Shown here piece after piece: positions 1 through 7,483 of a DNA stretch of 18,542 nt. Positions within the stretch are counted from its first letter, which is position 1. Every line of letters begins with the position of its first letter. The notes under the pieces are model-generated. The model had not been told where the DNA came from, ran no database searches, and was given only the letters and a program-made list of their open reading frames with translations. The position numbers were made by a program, and so were the translations under genes. Origin of the DNA: a virus (Duplodnaviria > Heunggongvirae > Uroviricota > Caudoviricetes); the IMG/VR virus record IMGVR_UViG_2541047913_000008, positions 1 to 18,542 of that record. The stretch is one strand, 5' to 3'.

Positions 1-129
1 ATCCACTTCTGCATCAAGACGCGCCTCAAGGTTCTGCCGAAGTTGCTGTTTCAGTGCGCTCCGGACTTCTTCAGAGCGCAGGACTTCCTTCACTGCCTCA
101 GCAGTGACCAGCGATTTTATTTCTGACAT
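1..129 (-). CDS. Hypothetical protein, 5' part only (continues past the window start)
   Basis: ATG at 129..127 opens a minus-strand frame with no stop to base 1 (MSEIKSLVTAEAVKEVLRSEEVRSALKQQLRQNLEARLDAEVD...). Not in the ORF track because it is truncated. No family recognised. Confidence 0.35.
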   Translation of the reverse strand, partial: MSEIKSLVTAEAVKEVLRSEEVRSALKQQLRQNLEARLDAEVD

Positions 130-154
130 AGGATTTTCTCGTTGAAAGGGGTTA

Positions 155-349
155 TTAAGAAGGTTGTTCCGGAATGAGTGGGGCTTCTGTTTTTGCTCCG
201 GCTGACTGACTGGCGCTGATTTTCTCTGCGGCCCTTTTATCAATCTGCCTGCGCCAGAAATCGCGCACTGCCCTGTACCCACCCGAAAGAAGATACAGCA
301 CGCATACCGCCGTACAAAAGTACAGCATGAACTGATGAACTAACGTCAT
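155..349 (-). CDS. Hypothetical small membrane protein (one N-terminal hydrophobic segment, charged C-terminus)
   Basis: 64-aa ORF with ATG start; hydrophobic stretch FMLYFCTAVCVLYLLSGG followed by a basic region; weak ribosome-binding site. Not similar to the lambda or phage 21 holins I can recall. Confidence 0.3.
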   Translation of the reverse strand: MTLVHQFMLYFCTAVCVLYLLSGGYRAVRDFWRRQIDKRAAEKISASQSAGAKTEAPLIPEQPS

Positions 350-439
350 AATTTCTTACCGTTATTATTTGAAACATCCAGTAAAAAAAGGTACAAAACT
401 ACGGACATAAGAGTTAAGCAATATTTGCTGCCTTGTTTG

Positions 440-490
440 GCCAGCGCCCGGCTCCTTTATATGTTTTCCCTCCGGCGCTGGCTCTTTTTT
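440..490 (+). terminator. Plus-oriented intrinsic-terminator-like hairpin just beyond the nanS stop
   Basis: 9-bp GC-rich stem GCCAGCGCC(440-448)/GGCGCTGGC(474-482) followed by TCTTTTTT (483-490). The loop is large, so strength is uncertain. Confidence 0.3.
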
Positions 491-496
491 CGCCTG

Positions 497-2494
497 TTAT
501 GCCGCTGCTTCGCTTTCTTTCACTTTGACAGTGACCGTATCAAGCAGTACCGGATACGTCGCTTTTGCCCCCGTGATATCTGTCAGCGTCAGCGTATCTG
601 CTGTAAAGCCATCATTTGTCCACATCACAAGGTCAAACGCCGTCTGCTCTGTACCATCAATCACCGGAACGACTCTTTCGCTGTTATTTCCCGCAAAGCG
701 GAAAACAACCGTATGCCAGTTATGGTCAAACGCACCAAATGTACCCAGTTGTGCATTCGACTTGCCCTTGTGGTGCATAAGATTCAGATTTGATGCATCC
801 GTCTGAAGGAAGAATGATGCCAGCATACTGTTTGCTGCCGCGCCTGACGCCCACTGCGACACCGGCCAGTAGAGACCAAAGACAAACTGTCCGTTCACCA
901 GTTCGCTTCCGTCCGGAATTTTGAACCGTACGGCAATTTCACCCCCCTTGCTGAGAAGATTTTTTGCCTCCTCCACTGCAACAGTACGGAACATTTTCCA
1001 GGACGTCAGTTTACCGGGCTGTTTTTCCAGTCGCAGCGCTTTCCGTCCACCGTCATCAGTCACAGTGCCTTTGCCACCGGCAGCCCCCCACTGCTGCTCT
1101 GTCCATACACCATTTCCACTGTTCGCATCATATTCAGCCACCGTCCTGGTACTGCTCACGGCCTCATCATGACCAGTACCAGCAACACCGCCATCCTGCG
1201 GTTTCTCAACACCCGGTACCCCCGGACTGACATCATCACCGGGAGTTGTACCACCCGACTGCGGTGCGCTCTGCCCGGTAAGGAACGATAATGTCCGCCC
1301 GGCGTACTGCAAAATGGCACCTGCCAGGCGGTCTGAAACAAGGCCTCTTCGCGCCCAGGAGCTGAAGTGCGTTTTACGATCGGCTGACGTCCAGTTACTG
1401 GCAGTGCGTGACGCAGCGCCATAGTATCCCGCCGGGATAATGTCCGGATCTTCTGACGGCTCGTTTGTCGGCACATTCACACCATGCTCATCCGTCATCA
1501 ACGGCACAAAGAAGATTTTTTTTGCGGATTTCGTCTTGTATGCACCATACACCGCATCGTATTGCGAAGAATAAGTCTGCTTCCAGTAGTAGGTCGTGTC
1601 GCCACAAATCCAGGGAACCGATGACGGAGAGCCCCCGAGACACTGACCTCCGAATTCCGACAGGTCAGAACGATATTTTTCCACCATGGAATCAAACAGC
1701 CCCGGCTGAGTGGCGTATGCACCCTGTTTCAAATCAAACTCGCCCTGCATCCAGACCACTGCAAGCAGAATATTTTTAGGGTTAGCCTTCAGTGCGGCCT
1801 GAGTACGGGTAAGCAGGTCCTTGTACAGTGGCTTATCTACACCCCAGCGTGCCGAGGTCTCGCTTGCGCCGGTGGATTCGCTGAAAGTACCTTCATCGCC
1901 CTCCAAAAATGCAGAACCACCACGGCAGCACGGAACCAGAAGAATACCGGCATTCGCCGGAATAAACGGCAGCAGTTTTTTGGCGATATGCAGCCCCTGC
2001 CCCACAGTTCCGTACTGCCCCTTTGACAAGTCCGCTTTCGGATGGTTAAGACGGCTCATGTCCTGTACATCATGCAGACAATGGTCCGCCGGAATGATGT
2101 CGTTATATTTACAGGCGACACCACCCGGTGTCACCGTACTGCGACGCGCCAGCTGTTTAATACGCGGGTCCGGACGGTCATATGTCTCCGGCAGCGGCAG
2201 CCCTTCACCAAAAGACATTGAGTTTGACTGCCCGGCCAGGGCAACAACAAAGTAATACTCCGGTTCGCTGGTGGTGCTGATAACTGTGCCTTCTCCATCC
2301 GACGGCTTCACCACCACAGGTGTGGTGACATTACCTTCTGCGACAATCGCCTGAATAAGTGCTGCGCCATCATCCGTATACGAAGAAAACGGCCCGCCGT
2401 ATGGTTGCCATCCTTCACGAATTTTTTGAGCAAGCGCATCCGCAAGGTCTGACGGCGATGCCGCCCTGACCACATCGTAGTGTTTAAATGCCAT
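497..2494 (-). CDS. nanS: Prophage-encoded sialate O-acetylesterase of the NanS-p type (DUF1737-like N-terminus plus SASA/SGNH esterase domain plus C-terminal extension)
   Basis: 665-aa ORF, ATG start with GGAGG ribosome-binding site. N-terminus (MAFKHYDVVRAASPSDLADALAQKIREGWQPYGGPF) looks like DUF1737; GQSNS motif (in YYFVVALAGQSNSMSFGEG) matches the SASA catalytic serine motif. It sits downstream of Q as in Stx phages. Confidence 0.85.
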   Translation of the reverse strand: MAFKHYDVVRAASPSDLADALAQKIREGWQPYGGPFSSYTDDGAALIQAIVAEGNVTTPVVVKPSDGEGTVISTTSEPEYYFVVALAGQSNSMSFGEGLPLPETYDRPDPRIKQLARRSTVTPGGVACKYNDIIPADHCLHDVQDMSRLNHPKADLSKGQYGTVGQGLHIAKKLLPFIPANAGILLVPCCRGGSAFLEGDEGTFSESTGASETSARWGVDKPLYKDLLTRTQAALKANPKNILLAVVWMQGEFDLKQGAYATQPGLFDSMVEKYRSDLSEFGGQCLGGSPSSVPWICGDTTYYWKQTYSSQYDAVYGAYKTKSAKKIFFVPLMTDEHGVNVPTNEPSEDPDIIPAGYYGAASRTASNWTSADRKTHFSSWARRGLVSDRLAGAILQYAGRTLSFLTGQSAPQSGGTTPGDDVSPGVPGVEKPQDGGVAGTGHDEAVSSTRTVAEYDANSGNGVWTEQQWGAAGGKGTVTDDGGRKALRLEKQPGKLTSWKMFRTVAVEEAKNLLSKGGEIAVRFKIPDGSELVNGQFVFGLYWPVSQWASGAAANSMLASFFLQTDASNLNLMHHKGKSNAQLGTFGAFDHNWHTVVFRFAGNNSERVVPVIDGTEQTAFDLVMWTNDGFTADTLTLTDITGAKATYPVLLDTVTVKVKESEAAA

Positions 2495-2688
2495 GAATCC
2501 TCCCGGCCTGGATAATATTGTGAGTAAAATGAGGAGCGGGCTGAAGTCCGGAAGTTACAGGACAATGGCAGAAGATAGACAACAGCCCGCAATACGAAAA
2601 AGGCCGCGCTATTGCGCAGAGTGATTACTGTCGGATATTATTCGCCAGCTGAAATATTACTTCACGTTTTGTTGTTTATTCCTTGCCG

Positions 2689-2716
2689 CCCGCGTCTCCC
2701 AGCGCGGGATTTTTTT
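2689..2716 (+). terminator. Plus-oriented intrinsic terminator
   Basis: Stem CCCGCG(2689-2694)/CGCGGG(2703-2708), 8-nt loop, then A-TTTTTTT (2710-2716). Confidence 0.4.
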
Positions 2717-2727
2717 GTCCATAAGAA

Positions 2728-2747
2728 AGCCCCTCCGGAGAGGGGCT
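2728..2747. repeat. Perfect 8-bp inverted repeat with 4-nt spacer (AGCCCCTC-cgga-GAGGGGCT)
   Basis: Read directly from the sequence. Could be a hairpin or a dimeric protein-binding site. Confidence 0.5.
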
Positions 2748-3061
2748 GGAGAGTGGCGCTATGTGCCATTGCATGGTGCCGGGTGCCTCCCGGTGAGTTC
2801 AGTATCAGCACCTGAACCCGCACAGAAAGGATAAGGGTCGGTGACAAAACACCAGTTGCTGATTGCCCCTCCGCACAGGGGGATTCACCATGCCAGTTTC
2901 TTTTAACAAACTCCCCGCAAACCAGACAACAGTCAACCGCCTGAATTGTGAGGTATTTAAAAATTTCAACGGGTAACTGATACCCTGCTAATCGCCTGAT
3001 GCTTTCTTTTTCAGCAACGGGGAAGCAACAACCACCACACCCACCAGCCGCCCATTTACCA

Positions 3062-3090
3062 CAAATAAAAAAGCCTTCACTGCGGAAGGC
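3062..3090 (-). terminator. Minus-strand intrinsic terminator at the end of the 65-aa ORF
   Basis: On the minus strand: stem GCCTTC/GAAGGC (plus 3073-3078 and 3085-3090) followed by TTTTTTATT (plus A-tract 3064-3072). Overlaps the ORF stop codon. Confidence 0.6.
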
Positions 3091-3274
3091 GTCTGTAACA
3101 ACCGAACTGATAGTCTGCCAGACCCGCCATAACCAGCTGGGTCAGTATTAACTGGCAGCGTTCGCGTGAAAGGTAAGTATTCTGCGCAATCTCCCCGACG
3201 GTCGCCGGTTCGGTGACGCTTAATTCATTAAACACCACTCTGGCGGTTTCGGTCATATCCTGCTGTTTCAGCAT
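3077..3274 (-). CDS. Small winged-helix-like DNA-binding protein (hypothetical)
   Basis: 65-aa ORF with ATG start, purine-rich ribosome-binding site and its own terminator. Segment TVGEIAQNTYLSRERCQLILTQLVMAGL looks like a helix-turn-helix. Confidence 0.45.
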   Translation of the reverse strand: MLKQQDMTETARVVFNELSVTEPATVGEIAQNTYLSRERCQLILTQLVMAGLADYQFGCYRRLPQ

Positions 3275-3385
3275 GTCTTTTTCCGGTTAACGTGACACAC
3301 CAATAACTCTTGTCGAAAAAGCCAGCAAGCTGAAAGACCGGTATTCACCGCCGCCAGCGCGTTTACTGTACTGGACCGATTTCAG

Positions 3386-3412
3386 CCATAAAAAACCCGC
3401 TCGCGGCGGGTT
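3386..3412 (-). terminator. tR'-like intrinsic terminator about 60 nt downstream of Q
   Basis: On the minus strand: ACCCGC-cgcga-GCGGGT followed by TTTTTTAT (plus 3388-3412). Position matches the lambdoid late terminator that Q modifies RNA polymerase to read through. Confidence 0.6.
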
Positions 3413-3470
3413 TAAGCTGTGTGGCGTAGTAACCACTCTTAACATACTGACATACTTTTTGCGGACCGCG

Positions 3471-3863
3471 CTAATCATTTTTTACTTTTTTGGGCAGCCA
3501 GTCGTCCATCTCCAGCCTTACACCCAGCATCGACAGACATCCGTCAATAAATCCTTCAGCAATCTGCATCTCAATTCGTATTGCCTTTTCGCTCTTCTTT
3601 CTTGTTCTGGCAATCTGCCTTTTTGATATGCGCAGCAGATAATGAGCTACCAGCAGCGAATACTCGTCCGGTTTTTTCTTCTTCAGGCGCGTAAGGCAGT
3701 TTTCGATGATAAGGCCGTCATCATCGCTGCAGGCCGGGCGAGGTTTAGCGGTGGATGGTAAAAGGCCTTTAAATCCAGCAGCTATCGGAGAATAGTCCAC
3801 CCCGGCGTTACCACTTGCCGCCCATGCCCCCCAGCGTTCGAGAACCATCTGAATATCACGCAT
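3471..3863 (-). CDS. Q: Late-gene antiterminator Q (QuuD/phage-21-type family)
   Basis: Start MRDIQMVLERWGAWAA..AAGFKGL..RLKKK...RLEMD resembles the QuuD-type Q proteins of E. coli prophages as I recall them. ATG at 3863 has a GGAGA ribosome-binding site; the ORF-track start at 3878 is a TTG. Lies between the replication/DUF968 genes and the terminator. Confidence 0.7.
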   Translation of the reverse strand: MRDIQMVLERWGAWAASGNAGVDYSPIAAGFKGLLPSTAKPRPACSDDDGLIIENCLTRLKKKKPDEYSLLVAHYLLRISKRQIARTRKKSEKAIRIEMQIAEGFIDGCLSMLGVRLEMDDWLPKKVKND

Positions 3864-3880
3864 CAACTTTCTCCACAAAA

Positions 3881-4876
3881 TCAGGACAGCACACCAATCG
3901 CCAGCGCGCGATCGATAAAACGAAATATCAGCTCCAGTTGGGAACCATACTTCTCTTCAAATGCCACGGTATCCGCATGCAGTTCGTCATGGTGTTTTCT
4001 GCACAAAGGCAACACAAAAAGGTCATGCGCTTTTGTACCCATTCCACCCTGACCATGACCAATCAGGTGATGAGGATCGTCGGCTGGCTTACCACAACAT
4101 GCACACGGCTGCGTCTTAACCCAGCGCGTGTACTTTTCATTAACCCAGCGACGACGTTTGGGGCGTAACATAAAAGACTCCGGCGACTCCGGATCCACTT
4201 TCAGCGCCAGCACCTTTTTCGCCTTATCCCGGATGATGCTGGTGGCAGGAACCGAAGGCACAAGGTCACTTTCCCGGGTGACAGACGGCACAACAGGCTT
4301 CGGTAATCTCAGTGCCTTACGGGCTGCACTTTCCGGTAAGGCATCCGCCAGGTCATTACGAACCAGCCACCAGCACAGTTCCGGCATTGTCACAACGTGG
4401 CTGTCATCAAAACCGAGATCACGACGGACTACGGACAACACCCAGCGGGCACAGTTATCCGTTGCCATTGATTCCAGACGTTCCGTGAACTGATCGCGAA
4501 GCAGGTTATCGCAGTGCCAGCACAGACGGATTGCGCCCGGCGCGTGTCGCATTGTGGTCATGTTCTCGCTGTGCCATCCGGAATGAGGCCACTGGCAGCC
4601 TTTTTCACGAAGTAACCAGCTCTCAAGGCATTCCACGCCACCAGCACGACGGATCACCGCCTCATGGCGGAACACGGCCCGAACGGCAGGATCATCCGCC
4701 AGCGGTTGTGATGCTGCCGGAACGGCACCACTGGCAAAAGATGAATAACGTTCCGGCTCAGGCTCCAGCAGGACACGCCCCTGCATAAACAGGGGCATCA
4801 GCTCTGAACCGGGTCTGAACAAGACGATCCCCATACGCGGGGCAATTTCAGGGGTCAGCAGTGCTCTCACGGTCAC
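3881..4876 (-). CDS. Phage protein with C-terminal Cys/His cluster (DUF968-like, HNH/zinc-finger-like)
   Basis: 331-aa ORF. C-terminal motif CACCGKPADDPHHLIGHGQGG...CRKHHDELH. GTG start at 4876 or 4870, so the start is uncertain. Sits where nin-region genes lie in lambda. Confidence 0.5.
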   Translation of the reverse strand: MTVRALLTPEIAPRMGIVLFRPGSELMPLFMQGRVLLEPEPERYSSFASGAVPAASQPLADDPAVRAVFRHEAVIRRAGGVECLESWLLREKGCQWPHSGWHSENMTTMRHAPGAIRLCWHCDNLLRDQFTERLESMATDNCARWVLSVVRRDLGFDDSHVVTMPELCWWLVRNDLADALPESAARKALRLPKPVVPSVTRESDLVPSVPATSIIRDKAKKVLALKVDPESPESFMLRPKRRRWVNEKYTRWVKTQPCACCGKPADDPHHLIGHGQGGMGTKAHDLFVLPLCRKHHDELHADTVAFEEKYGSQLELIFRFIDRALAIGVLS

Positions 4877-4922
4877 CTCAGCGAACGGTATTGCATGAAC
4901 GCAGGAGAAAAAAATTCAGCCA

Positions 4923-5180
4923 TCACGCAGTAAACTCCTTCACCAGCGTTTCAAACTGGCTTACCTGGCCTTCCAGTTCCGCCACGCAATCCACCAGCTC
5001 ATCCACCGCCTTTTGTGTGCGGTGTTTTGCCTGCAGCAGATCACGAAGCGCCGGAGTAAGCTGCTTGCGGAGCGTATCCTTTGCCACGCTCATTTTTTCC
5101 ATCTGTTCAGCACAACGAAGCATCTCCTGCGCCTGCCGACGAAGTTGTTCCGGTGAAACAGTGGTTGTTCTGTTATTCAA
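4923..5180 (-). CDS. Hypothetical coiled-coil protein
   Basis: 85-aa ORF. TTG start overlaps the DnaB-like stop (TTGA). Heptad-like charged sequence. The real start could instead be an internal Met. Confidence 0.4.
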   Translation of the reverse strand: MNNRTTTVSPEQLRRQAQEMLRCAEQMEKMSVAKDTLRKQLTPALRDLLQAKHRTQKAVDELVDCVAELEGQVSQFETLVKEFTA

Positions 5181-6577
5181 AATAAACGCTCCGTTTTACT
5201 GCCCGACATGCGGTTATTGCTGTATCTGCGCGGATTGCTCGGCGTCATGGGTGAGGAAAGAACCTGAGCACTCTCCTGGTCCACAGGCAGAAAATGTCCG
5301 TTATGAAAACGCCGGTAAATGGTCCCGAGTGTGCCATTACGCTGTTTCGTAATGTTGATTTCTGCTATGCCTCTGGCCTGTGTATCCGGGTTATACACCT
5401 CATCCCTGTAAAGCATCAGAATGATGTCGGCATCAGCCTCTATTTCCCCGGAGTTTTTCAGGTCTGAGTTCATGGGACGTTTATTGGGTCTGGATTCCAC
5501 GCCTCGGGAGAGCTGGCTCAGAGCAATCAGCGGGAAACCGCCGGATTTTGCCAGGCTTTTAAGTCCCTTTGAGATTTCCCCCACCGCAAGGTCGTGACGC
5601 CCCGTGCTGCGGGTTTTAATCAGGCCGAGGTAATCGACCACCACCAGCGCCGTTTCCGGGTGTTTCATCCGGTGGTGCTTCGTGGTTGCACATATCTCAT
5701 CAATGGTCAGGTTTGCCTGGTCCACCATCCAGATATTACGCCCCGTCATTCGTCCCACGCCCTGCGAGAAACGCGCCCAGTCTTCATCTTCAAAACGGGC
5801 AACAGACTTAAGACGGGATACCGGCATTCCACCGGCAGCAGACACCATACGTTCACCAATCTGGATGTTCGCCATCTCCATGGTGAACAGAAGCACGCCA
5901 TGCCCCTGCTCAGTCACCTTGTCGATGATGTCCAGCGCAAGTTCGGTTTTCCCCATCGAAGGACGGGCGGCAATGAATACCAGGTCTCCGGGCTCCATAC
6001 CGCCCGTTTTTGCGTCCAGTTCATCAATACCGGTCATCAGCGCCCTGGATTTCTCCAGTCCCTGATTGCGGCATTCAACACGGTCGACCACTTCCGGAAG
6101 GACATCATCAATGTGAACCGGCTGAATGACGCCCTTTCCGGTCGACAGTGAGGCCATCATGTTCTGCACATCCTTCAGGGCATCCTCGGCTGCTTCACAG
6201 GTATACGCATCACGTAAATTCTGTAATGCTTCAGTCAGTGTTTTTTCTGCATCGCGCAGTGCGGCATTGCGCCGCAACGCTGCGACATAGTGCTCCAGTG
6301 AAGACTTCACCCAGGTTTTGCGTCCGGTGTCGGTAATCACCGGGGCAAGTTCCGGCATCTCATTGCACAGCAGTACGGGGTCAATGACGCCGGATATGCG
6401 AGCCTGTCTGCAAATCCCCGCGTAAATATCCCGGTACTGACGCACAAAAAATACATCCGCCGGAAGTGTGGCCAGAATATCCATCACTTCCGGATCGGCC
6501 CCACGCAGAAAAAACGCACCGATGACAGCGCCTTCCAGGTCATCGTTACGCCATGCCGGGGTGTTCTGGCTGGTCAT
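5177..6577 (-). CDS. DnaB-family replicative DNA helicase
   Basis: 466 aa. Walker A in FIAARPSMGKTELALD; DnaB-like N-terminal domain; ATG with GGAGG ribosome-binding site; 4-nt overlap with the upstream gene. Confidence 0.8.
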   Translation of the reverse strand: MTSQNTPAWRNDDLEGAVIGAFFLRGADPEVMDILATLPADVFFVRQYRDIYAGICRQARISGVIDPVLLCNEMPELAPVITDTGRKTWVKSSLEHYVAALRRNAALRDAEKTLTEALQNLRDAYTCEAAEDALKDVQNMMASLSTGKGVIQPVHIDDVLPEVVDRVECRNQGLEKSRALMTGIDELDAKTGGMEPGDLVFIAARPSMGKTELALDIIDKVTEQGHGVLLFTMEMANIQIGERMVSAAGGMPVSRLKSVARFEDEDWARFSQGVGRMTGRNIWMVDQANLTIDEICATTKHHRMKHPETALVVVDYLGLIKTRSTGRHDLAVGEISKGLKSLAKSGGFPLIALSQLSRGVESRPNKRPMNSDLKNSGEIEADADIILMLYRDEVYNPDTQARGIAEINITKQRNGTLGTIYRRFHNGHFLPVDQESAQVLSSPMTPSNPRRYSNNRMSGSKTERLF

Positions 6578-7473
6578 GCGGCAACACCTCCGATACGAGA
6601 ACGGTAGCTGGGCCAGTTAAACGACAACCAGTTGCGCCCGCCATCGGTGATCCTGTCGGCAATCCGGGGACTGATGAACGCCCACAATTCTTCCGGTGAA
6701 AGATTGCTGATCAAGATAGTTGGCAAAATACCCTCATACCGGGCATTGATAATTTCCTGCAAAATGGCCATTTCAGCCGCACTGCCAAACTGAACGCCGA
6801 CTTCGTCGACAATCAGCAAATCCAGTGACGCATAATGCTCAATGACGTCATCCGCTGTTTTTTCACTGTCATTCCGCCAGCAGTTTTTCACAGCCCGGGT
6901 AAGGCGCATCACGTCGGTGATCTCCACACTGGCCAGATAGTTACGGATGATGTGTTTTGCCATTGATACCGCCAGATGATTTTTCCCGGTACCGCAACTG
7001 CCGGTCATAACAAGACTGGTACCGTTCTCCAGCATATCTGGCCAGTTCTCCGCATAGCGGCGACAGGCCGCAAGATTTCTGGCTGCGTCAGGATTAACCT
7101 CCAGATAATTATCAAACTCGCAGTCCCGAAAACGCAGAGCAATTCCGGCGTTATCAGTCAGTTCTTCCGCCTTGAGGGACGACAGTTCCATGGTCAAATC
7201 ACTGGCCTCAGCGATCAAGCAGTCAGGGCAGCATGAAATTTTTTCTCTGTCCTCGCCATTACGATCGATCCACACCAGTATATGCGTACGATATTTACCG
7301 TGTTTTTCGCAATATCCGCGACCTTCACGCATCAGGCAGGAACGATAAGGCCATGGCTTTTCGCCCTTCTGAGCAAATGCAATCTCTGCCCGTAACTCAT
7401 CCATTTCTGCCCGTAAATCATCCATTCGCGCCTGTAGTCTTGTTTGTTTCTCACGTTGGTCAATCATCATCAT
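6574..7473 (-). CDS. DnaC/IstB-like AAA+ helicase loader with N-terminal Cys/His cluster
   Basis: Walker A LVMTGSCGTGKNHLAVS; Walker B-like LLIVDEVG. ATG at 7473 follows a GAGGTG ribosome-binding site; the track start at 7482 is a GTG. N-terminal CEKHGKYRTH...CCPDC. Confidence 0.75.
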   Translation of the reverse strand: MMMIDQREKQTRLQARMDDLRAEMDELRAEIAFAQKGEKPWPYRSCLMREGRGYCEKHGKYRTHILVWIDRNGEDREKISCCPDCLIAEASDLTMELSSLKAEELTDNAGIALRFRDCEFDNYLEVNPDAARNLAACRRYAENWPDMLENGTSLVMTGSCGTGKNHLAVSMAKHIIRNYLASVEITDVMRLTRAVKNCWRNDSEKTADDVIEHYASLDLLIVDEVGVQFGSAAEMAILQEIINARYEGILPTILISNLSPEELWAFISPRIADRITDGGRNWLSFNWPSYRSRIGGVAA

Positions 7474-7483
7474 CGCTGTCACC

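Noticed and set aside
1-496. Expected lysis cassette (holin, endolysin, Rz) immediately downstream of nanS
   Set aside because: The 64-aa membrane ORF and the partial gene at 1..129 do not resemble lambda or phage 21 holin or endolysin sequences as I recall them. The cassette is probably further along, outside the window, so no call was made.
425-2255. Plus-strand ORFs inside the nanS gene (425..793, 525..806, 921..1172, 964..1230, 1465..1779, 1821..2255) and the minus-strand ORFs 1156..1476 and 1498..1722
   Set aside because: All lie inside the 665-aa NanS-p gene, which has clear domain motifs. Their translations are low-complexity or rich in Arg, Ser and Pro, typical of shadow ORFs.
2308-2847. 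ORFs 2308..2592 (-), 2612..2815 (+) and 2662..2847 (-) in the region upstream of nanS
   Set aside because: No ribosome-binding sites, low-complexity translations, and they run through hairpin and palindrome sequences. More likely non-coding regulatory DNA.
2495-3470. Search for tRNA genes or stx remnants where Stx phages carry them
   Set aside because: No tRNA T-arm consensus (GGTTCGAATCC or its complement) and no ORF resembling Stx A or B subunits. Only a by-eye scan, so a degenerate remnant cannot be excluded.
3287-3478. 63-aa minus-strand ORF between Q and the small winged-helix ORF
   Set aside because: It spans the tR'-like hairpin and U-tract and overlaps the Q stop. Reads as a terminator or leader region, not a gene.
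2267-4373. Chi sites (GCTGGTGG at about 2267 on plus; CCACCAGC at about 3042 and 4366, meaning Chi on minus)
   Set aside because: An 8-mer that is common in enterobacterial DNA. Three copies in 18.5 kb is not clearly above chance and I cannot test orientation bias here.
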